From the NCBI GenBank assembly GCA_013239625.1, contig MU054049.1, positions 631,015 to 693,014 on the forward strand: DNA of 62,000 nucleotides. The letters run 5' to 3'. This document shows positions 53,675-62,000 of the stretch, piece after piece. The translations under genes were made by a program, and so were the position numbers. Each line of letters begins with the position of its first letter. Within the stretch, counting starts at the first letter, position 1. The notes below the pieces were generated by a model. The model was not told the origin of the DNA and ran no database searches. It worked only from the letters and a program-made list of their open reading frames with translations. The stretch comes from Lama guanicoe. Its lineage: Eukaryota.

Positions 53675-55939
53675 CTGCAGGCGGGGGGCCATGTGTGAGG
53701 CCGGAGCACCAGGGAACCGCAGGAGTGACCAGCACCTCGCACCACTCGCCTCAGGGGCAGCCTCTGCTAGCACGTCCATGTGAGCACGTGTGTGAGCACA
53801 CACACATGTGCACTGTGACAGCTGGCTAGGGAACCGGTGGGAGTGAAGGGCCCCCTTCCACTGGCCTGATGCCCACCCCAACCCCTACTGCCTTCTCCCA
53901 GACACCTCTTCTGCCTACACCCTCACCTCCTGGGTGCTTATGGCCCAGTGGGTGCCCAGCCTTGAGCCCAGTACCCCCTCCCTGACCCAGGGCGTTCACG
54001 AGTTCACTGCCAGCCACTCTGTGAGCCAGAGCCCAGGAGGACCAAGGGGGTGGCGGGGCAGGACAGGAGGCAAGGAGGATCAGCGGTCTTGCCTTTGGAC
54101 AAGGGCCAGCCATTCTATCTCCCCCGGGGCAGAGAAGTGGGGGTACATTTCTGATCTGGGCCAAGTAGGCACAGAGTGGCTTCCACTCTGCAGACCTCGC
54201 TGGCGGCATCCATGCCCATAGCCCCTTCCCGGCTCCTCCTGGCTGCTGGTGGGTCACAGCGCTCCTGGGCCCGGGAGGCCCGGCCCAGCCAGTGGGGCAG
54301 CCCCAGCTCAGGGCGCCCTGCCCCACCCCAGGCCAGGGAGCCCCTCCCTGCCCTGATGGCCTCACCTTCCTTCCTCCATCCCTAGAAATGCACTTCCTCT
54401 CCGCCCTCCCCACAGTTGGCGCAACGCTATTTCTTGGTACTTTTTTCTTAAACTCCCCTCCAACCCTCCGTTCCTGAATCCAGCCCTCACCCCCAGCACT
54501 CAAGGAGAATGTTCCACAGCCCACAGCACCACAGGCGCACACCAGCCTGGGAGCCCTTCCAGGGCAGGTGCTGTCACCCGTCCCGATCCTGCACCCAGTG
54601 CATCCAGAACACAGCCACGGTCTCCTGCCTGTCCCCTGTACACCTCACTCCCCTGCGATCCACTCTCCACGTGGCGGCCCGGCCCCTATTTCTCACCCCA
54701 GCCCCTCTGCTGGCCTCCAGGCACCAACCATTACCTCCCTGGGGGCCAGGCTGCCTGCTGCTCCCGTCTGCTCTGGGAGCCAGGAGCGTGCCCTGCTCTG
54801 TGCTGTGGGCCAGGCGGAGGGGGCCCCCGGCTGGGTGATGGGAGCGCAGGCTGGTTCCCTGTGTGCATGACTTGTCATCTGTCCCAGCCACATGAGGGCG
54901 GGACCTTGTCTACTGTCTGTCTCGTTCACGGCAGCCTCCCATGCTCTCAACGGATGGATGCTGAGTGTCATAAGGCGGGTGTGAGAGTCACTGGGGCCAC
55001 CAGGGTTGGGCACAGGGGAGACCCTCCTCCGCGCTCAGCAACAACGTGGTCAGGGCAGGGAGAGAGGTCCATAGCGGACCAGGGACCAGGCAGGGACAGG
55101 TGTGACTGCAGCTTCCAAGCCCAGTGGGGCTCTTTAGGGAAAGCGGGCCAGGACCGGAGGCCAGAGTTCATCCTGGTGCAGAGTGTGGTCTACACCCAGG
55201 GAGTGAGCCTGGACTACCTCTGCCAGAGTGTGGGCCCCGGGACCCTTCTGTCAGGGAGTGAGGAAGACGAGCCTTGGGACCTCTGTGTAGGGGGTGGGCA
55301 CAAGTGCAGGGCCGAGGAGCTGCCGAGGAGATGCCAGGAAGTGGGAGAGAACGGTGTCACATACCCCAGGGAGAAGTTTCCAGAAGGGAGAGGCACCCAG
55401 AGAGGCCAGGGCAGCCGTGGCAGTGCAGGGAACACTGTGAGATGGGCCCTGAAAGGGCAGGTGGAGGAGCCCAGACATTCAGGGGGCGGAGGGCAGGCAA
55501 GGGTGGATGACGGAGAAGAGGCCCCAGGAGGGAGTAACAGGATGGTTCTGGAAGGGTGAGCAGGGACTCAGAGAGAGGGACTTTTTTGGAGGGGGGATGT
55601 AAGTGGAGGGCAAGGGGCTCTGGGAAAGAGGCCAGAATCTGGCTGGGCAGAGGCCACATCTGGGCATCTGGGGCAAGTTCCATGGGTTCAGCCTCGGGTC
55701 CTAACCCACAAAACGGACACATGACCATTTAAGAGAAGTCTGTAAGCACACTGAGGGCAGGGCCTACTGTGGGGTGCTCCAGATGGGAGCAGGGGGTCAG
55801 GGCACCAGCAGAGGGCAGGGGGAAAGAGAGGCTGAAGAGAGGCTGAGGCTTAGGGGGGCAGAGAGGGGCCTGCCTTGCCCCCTCTCATCCCACTCACCCC
55901 AGCTCCGGTGAGGGGCTCCCCATTGACCACTGACCCCTA

Positions 55940-56190
55940 AATCTGGTTGCTAAGCAGAATCACTGGGGACTTTAAACATCCAAATTCTCAACCCCCCCCG
56001 CACCCCCACCCCAAATCTGATTCCACAGGAGCGGAGAGGGCAGGGCCTAGAATCTGGACTTTCAGAAGCTCCCAGGGATCCAGACATACTGTCTGACGTC
56101 TGATGCCAACCCGGGGGCATTTCTACAACTACAAACCAGATCTGGCTGCCGCCTCCTCCAACTCTGCCAGGGCTCTGGGGGCTCAGGATA
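55940..56190. mobile_element. MER5-like hAT fragment
   Basis: agaatcactgggga...tctgattcc...gggcctagaatctg...agctcccaggg. Confidence 0.5.
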
Positions 56191-57822
56191 AAACCCAGCT
56201 CCCTGGAGCGCCTCCCTCTGCTTTGCCTGCACTGCACACATGCTCTGTGCCAAGCTGCAGCTCCTGAAAGCCTCAGGCTGGGTCCTCTCCCCTCCTGGCC
56301 CACCAGCTGTATACCCCCTGGAGAGGCAGAGCCCCTCAGACTCCCCCACCGTGCAGCCCTGACTCCTAACCTCTCAGCAGAGTGGGGCGGGCCTTTCCCA
56401 GGCTCCGGTCTCCCTCTGCCACTTCTACTCCTATTCCTGGGATCACTTCTGGCCCATCCTCCACGGGGGGCTTCTCAGGTTGTCCCCTCTCCTCTCTTCT
56501 CCCTCATCCCCTCCCAGGTGTGCCCACTCGCCCCCACACCCTATTGTTGCCCTGTTGAAACAGATGATGCCCCACGTCTGCCCCTTGGTTCTGGATCCCA
56601 GGGTTCCCCTGGCTACTGACCACATCACCTCCCTCAGATTTCCCACTGGCGCACCACACTCAGCTCCTCAGCACCTTCCTGCTGAGGGGAGGCAGAGAAA
56701 GGAGAGGCTGTAGTCATCCACAGCTAGAGGAGAGCTCAGGGTGTGGGGTCAGGGGCAACCTGGGCTGTGGTCCCTTCTCTGAAAAGCCCCAATGTGAAGA
56801 GCAAGTTTCCAGGAAACATAGAAGGGGCGTTTTTTTTGAAGCAATCTCCAACCCCAACCCCTGACTGCACAGGAAAGAAGAGGCTTGGCTGGATGGGGTT
56901 CAGAGTGGACCACAAGCTCACTGAGATTGTAAATACTGGACCACACGCTCAGTGTCGGATGGAGATTCACGGGGCTCCAGGTGAAGGAACCCCTGCACCC
57001 TCCTTGAGCAGATCTCCTCTGGGAAATGGTGGCCAATCGCAGACTCCACATCTAAAAAGGAATTGACAGACTCTCCTGGCTGCGGTGACACATCTGGGCA
57101 GATGCTGGAGGGGCTGAGAGTGTTCTGTCCCAAAAGGGGACCTGAAAAGGCCAGCAGAAACCTCTGTCCCGGGACAGAGGGGGCCCTTGTCTGAGAGGGC
57201 AGATCTGAGAAGAACGGGCAGAAGCCCCATGGGGACCGGGGTTCACCTGATGCAGAAAGAACTTTCTATGAATAAGTGAGGCTGACTCTACCCGCGGTGA
57301 AGCCCAGGACCCAGTAAGCCCCAGTAACGGACTGGGACAGGCACTGGCCCAGGACTGGTGGAGGAAACTCACTCCCCCAGCCCCACCCAAAACCTGCAAG
57401 GATGTGGGGCTGGAGCTGCTGCAGCTCCAAGCTGGCACCAAAGGAGCCTGGGGGCAGGTCCCCCTGAGAAGGCAGAGCCAAGAGACAGACGGTGCCGGAG
57501 GCCTGGAGTCACAGGTGATGCCTGTAGGGGCCCTTCCCCTCTCCTGAGGTGGGCTTCCAGGCATGCGCAGTGGGTACAGCCTGCATGGAGGTGAGCGGGC
57601 CCCGGATGGGGCAGGATCCATCCCTGAGGGAGACCCAGGGCCGCTGCAGTGATTCTGTGCCCTGCGCTTTGCCCATCAGGGGTGCTGGCTGGGCACACGT
57701 GAGGCACCATCCCACCTACCATCCACTCCCATCTCTGCCCAAGGGAGCTGGCGTCCTGAGAGGCGGCCCTGCAGGGGGAATGGGCAGGTGGCCCCATCTG
57801 TACCCCCATCCCAGGAGCTCAC

Positions 57823-58030
57823 CTGTCGAACAGGGGCTTCTCCCCACAGTCGAAGGAATCCTGCAGGTCCCTCACCAGGTTGGCCTGGCCGGGCATGCGG
57901 AAGAGGCCCTCCTCGGTGAGCCCACGCTCCCGGATGAAGTCCACGCACTGCTCCACCAGCAGGGGCGCCAGGCGTGGGCCATACTTGCGCTCGTGGTGGA
58001 CGGTGTCCTCCAGGCGCTGCCCAAAGATCC
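57823..58030 (-). CDS. ARHGAP22: ARHGAP22 exon (RhoGAP start): [69 protein letters not shown](S)
   Basis: Minus strand gcccag| ... AG|gtgagc; 208 nt; arginine-finger motif EGLFR. Confidence 0.96.
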
Positions 58031-58549
58031 CTGGGCACAGAGATCCCTGGTCACACCCTCAGCTCTCCGGCCCATCGATGGGGGAGGGCGCTGGGGACAA
58101 CGGACAGCAGGGGGCGCTGCCAGGGCCAAGGGCGGCTCCCTCCCGTGGGAGCAAATTAGAAAGAGGGAGGAGACGCACCAGGCGGCTGGGATGGGGCTGG
58201 AGCGCACAGCCCGCAGCAGCCCGGCCTGTGGACCCTTCAAACGGTCCTCAGGGAGCGTGCGTTCTGTGCTTTGCTGCTTGGTTTATTTATACAGCACTAA
58301 CCTCCAAACAGAAATAGCTTACATTTAAAAACCCAGCAGCGTCCACTAAGAGACGCACCCTAGGAGGTTCTCAGAAGCACTATTTGCCTCTCCCCGCGAT
58401 GGGAAACCCACCCCCAAGGCCCCTGCGCGGTGGAATGAGTAAGATGGTCATGCTCTGCTCACACCGGGCAGCACCCACCGGACAGCGATGGGAACGGATG
58501 GGGCACGGCTTGTGCAGCAGGACAGACGTCGGACAGTGTGAAAACACAA

Positions 58550-59330
58550 TCACAACTCAACACCACGACACATCAGGAAATGCAAACCAAACCACGAGGA
58601 GACACCACCTAACTCCCAGCAGGACGGCTATTATCCAGAAAACAAGGGCTGGTGAGGATGTGGAAAAACTGGAACCCTGGTGCACTGCGGATGGCAACGT
58701 AAAATGGTGCAGCCGCTGGGGAAAACAGCATGGAGGCACCTCAAAAAATTTAAAACAGGAATATCATGTGACCCCACAATCCCACTCCTGGGCACATATC
58801 CCAAAAGAATTCAAGCAGATGTATGTACACCGTGTTCACAGGAGCATTATTCACAATATGCAAATGATGGAAGCAACCCATTGTCCACTGATGGATAGAC
58901 GGATAAACAAAATGTGATACATGCATACAATGGAATATCATGCAGCCATAAAAAGGAAGGGAATTCTGACACACGCTACAGCATCGACGAACCCTGAGGA
59001 ACAGTATGCCGAGTGAAATAAGCCAGTCACTAGAAGACAAACACTGTATGATTCCACTTACATGAGATACTTAGAATAATCAAATTCATAGAGACAGAAA
59101 GTGGAATGGTGGTTGCCAGGGGCTGGAGGACAGTGGGATGGAGAGTTACTGTTTAATGGACACAGGTTCAGTTTTACAAGATGAGAAGAGTTCTGGAGAT
59201 GGAGGGTGGTGGTGGTTACACATGACAAACATACTTAATGCCACTGAACTGTACATTTTTTAAAAAGTCATTAAAATGGTACATTTTATGTCAGATCTAT
59301 TTTACCAAAATTTTTCAAAATTAAAAAAAA
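58550..59330 (+). mobile_element. L1MA/MB-type ORF2 end plus 3'UTR
   Basis: ggaaatgcaaaccaaaccac...AGEDVEKLEP..ADGNVKWCS...gtgaaataagccagtcac...cttaatgccactgaactgtaca; A-tail. Confidence 0.9.
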
Positions 59331-60359
59331 ATCATAATTGTGAGCAGAAGCCAGACCCAGAGGACACACTGCACGACTCCATTTATGTAAAGGGCAAAAC
59401 CGGGTCAGGACCTGGTTACCCTGGTGGATCAGTGACTAGAAGGAGCCTGAGGGGCTTTGGGGTGCTGGTAATGCTCAGATTCTGGACCTGGGCACTGCCC
59501 ACCCAGTTCTGCTCATGTTGAGAACAATTGTTAAACTGTACACTTTTGATTTGTACACCTGTCTGCTACAGTTCAATAACATTTGCCAAAAAAACCCCAA
59601 AAACCTGGAAGCAAAAGATCCAAAACATTTAATACAGGACCAGAAAGCAAATGAGGGACAGAGGGAGACAGCAAGAAGGTAGAGGAAGTTCTGACTCAGA
59701 AAACCTATGACAACTAAATATACAACTGAGCAAAGAGGTTCCTGGCAGCCTAGGCAAAGAGTGAAAGGAGTTGAGATCCATGAAGCTCTCCATCTCACAG
59801 TGAGTGACAGGCGAAACAGACTTTTCCCAGCTCTAAGCTCTCCAAGGATTTGGGGAGGCCCCCATTGTGGAGACCTTCCCACAGGGCGGCTGTGGAGTGT
59901 GCCAGGACGTGACATTAAAGCTCCATTCCGTCCAGGCAGTTGCAGTCCCAGAGGGACGCAGCCCAGACTGGTGGCTTCCCAAGACCTGGGTGGTGAACCA
60001 GCTGGGTGAGAGGGTGGCAGGACTCTGGGCGCTACTTAGCGTCCCGCATACAATGGCTCTTTTGAGATACATCAGTTGTTCCTAAGACCGTGCCTGGCAC
60101 AAAGGAGGACTCAGTAAATGCTCCTTCTCATCCTGCTCTACCCAAAGGCAGAGTGTACAGAACCTGGGGGATCAGACTTCCCCTTCTACAAAACATGCCC
60201 ACGTGGAAGGCACCCAGTGACACACAGGCACTTGGGGAGAAGTGTGCGCATGCGTGTGTGTGGGCGTACACGCACACGTGTGTGTGGACTTGTGTGTGCA
60301 CGTATGCGGGTGCATGAGGACAGTGTGCTGAAATGGCCGAGACACGACACCTGCGGCGT

Positions 60360-60560
60360 CAGGTGCTGTTCCAGGCACTTGACACATATCCATCCATCCC
60401 AGCCTCGCGCAGCTGGGTAACTCAGGGAGCGTGGCCTTTACTCTTATCATTGCCATCATCATTCTCACATTTCAGAGGAACACACTGAGAGGCAGTGGGC
60501 TTCAGAATGGGCCCAAGTTCACTCAGGGTCAAGGTTCCAACTCCAGCAGTCTGGCTCCGG
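60360..60560 (-). mobile_element. MIR fragment
   Basis: cattctcacatttcagaggaacacactgaga...gcccaagttcactcag. Confidence 0.5.
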
Positions 60561-62000
60561 GCGCAGAGAATGTTCAAGAACACACCGTTGCTCTCCACCC
60601 AGGTGGGAGCACAAATACCCGTGCAATGCTCTCCACCCACCAGCTTCGCATCCCACCTTCCTCCTGCCCTTCTTCACCAGTAGCCCCCAAGGACGTGCTC
60701 ACGTGGGTGACAGGCAGAGGTAAGCAGAGGCTGGACACTGACAAGAAAGGAAACTGTCCGCCCCCTGGGGCCTGGTGGGAGCGCCCAGCCGCCCCTGCCC
60801 GCTGAGGTGGGGACTGACAGGCCAGTCATCGGCCTTGGGCACAGGGGCCGATGTTGCCGAGAGACTGGCATGGGGGCTTCCTGGGGCCACTCAGAGAAGC
60901 CTGTCCGAGGGCCCACTGCTACCAGCGTCCTGGCCGCTCTGCCCAGCCTGAGAGTGGCCTGGGCTTTTCAAGGGACACAAAGCCACGGGTCCTTCTCACC
61001 TCGCTCAGGGCTCAATCACTTACGCCCAACAATGAGCCACAGGGGTCCATGGTGCACTTGCTTAGGTGTATGATGTTTGAAACATTTAAACATTTGTTAT
61101 TTAAAATCAAAAGATTTCCTATCCAAACCTGGCTTCCCATCTCCTCTTGAAAGAATCCATAGGCCTGGCGGCACCAGGCCCGAATTCTCGAAGGGTAACG
61201 CAGGCAGAGCTCAGTGGCACCTGTGCCCTTCCGACAGCCCTTGTTTTTGCTAATTCTCCACCATTCCCTATTGCCTCACAGCCCGTCCACACTCCACTCA
61301 CGTGGCCTTGCCAGGTACTCACCTCTTTTGCCTCTACCTCCATGGCACAGACTTCCTGCAAGGGCACTGGGGCAGGATGGAGAGGGGTCCTGACCCACAG
61401 AAGGGAGAAGTGGGAAGCAGGGCCTGTCATGACCAGAGGCATCTGCCAGGACCACACAGGCGCAGAGAACATACGAGGGGAACTGCCCAGGAGGGGAAGG
61501 AGCCAGCTGGGCCCTGCATCCTCGGTGCCTGCACCTCCCTCCTCGCTCAGGCGCCCTTTCACTTCCTCTCTGCCCACTGTGGGAGCCTCCTGAGTACGTC
61601 TGCTTTCCTGCTGCCCGGCCCACACACAGGAGCCTTCCCTTTTCAGTCTGCGCCAACTTCTTATTAGCCCTTGGGAACAGCTCAGATGTCCCCTCCTACG
61701 TGAGCTGTCCCAGATTCTTCTTTCAGCACGACCACGGGCTCCCAGGCTCTCTTCCTGGCTGGCTCTTATCTATCAATTAATCAATTGATCAATTGATTGG
61801 TCACAGATGGTCACAGTGAAGACATGTGCCTCTGCCTGGTTTCTTGCTGGGAACCACTTCCCTCTCCCCAGTCCCGAGCTGATGCTGGGCTTGGAGCAGA
61901 GGTCAAAGGGCACTGAGTGAAGAAGGGGGAACACACAGACCAAGACAGTCTGGGGTCCTGAGTTCATGCACTCAGCTCCCCAGCCTCAGCTCACAGGTGA

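Larger units (their letters stand above)
44350..58030 (-). other. ARHGAP22: ARHGAP22 3' portion (last six exons); the 5' exons encoding the PH domain lie beyond the window
   Basis: In-frame exon chain 208+133+74+122+904+229 nt encoding a FilGAP-family RhoGAP domain and C-terminal coiled coil; known neighbour of MAPK8 (human 10q11.22). Confidence 0.95.

Noticed and set aside
53826..55559. 238-aa (-) and 232-aa (+) intronic ORFs
   Set aside because: Low-complexity G/P/R/A-rich translations expected by chance at high GC; no domain and no exon chain.
57549..58328. 259-aa + strand ORF
   Set aside because: Antisense to an ARHGAP22 exon in GC-rich DNA.

Overview
Mammalian genomic DNA, probably camelid (inferred from a Vic-1-like tRNA-derived SINE at 7602-7756). 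It holds two convergent genes. (1) MAPK8/JNK1 (+): all coding exons lie at 3322-33524, followed by a ~4.4 kb 3'UTR ending near 37990; the non-coding exon 1 is outside the window. The gene has mutually exclusive 72-nt alpha/beta exons, each ending in a U12-type GTATCCTT donor, and two acceptors 5 nt apart that give p46 (384 aa) and p54 (427 aa). (2) ARHGAP22 (-): the last six exons (RhoGAP domain, Ser/Pro-rich linker, coiled coil) at 58030-44695, with a poly(A) signal near 44370. Introns carry many L1, L2, MIR, MaLR, MER21 and hAT fossils. Composition shifts from AT-rich to GC-rich at about 38-43 kb, where strong CTCF-like motifs occur. I found no prokaryotic-type system and no new protein-coding gene. 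The best candidates for novelty are regulatory hypotheses: UGA-CUA plus an RNA G-quadruplex at the p54 stop, a U12 branch site that overlaps a U2-type 'poison' acceptor, an ORF1-only (HAL1-like) L1 insertion with TSD, a perfect 51-bp direct repeat, and a bidirectional poly(A) signal. Repeat subfamily names and human comparisons are from memory, not from a search.
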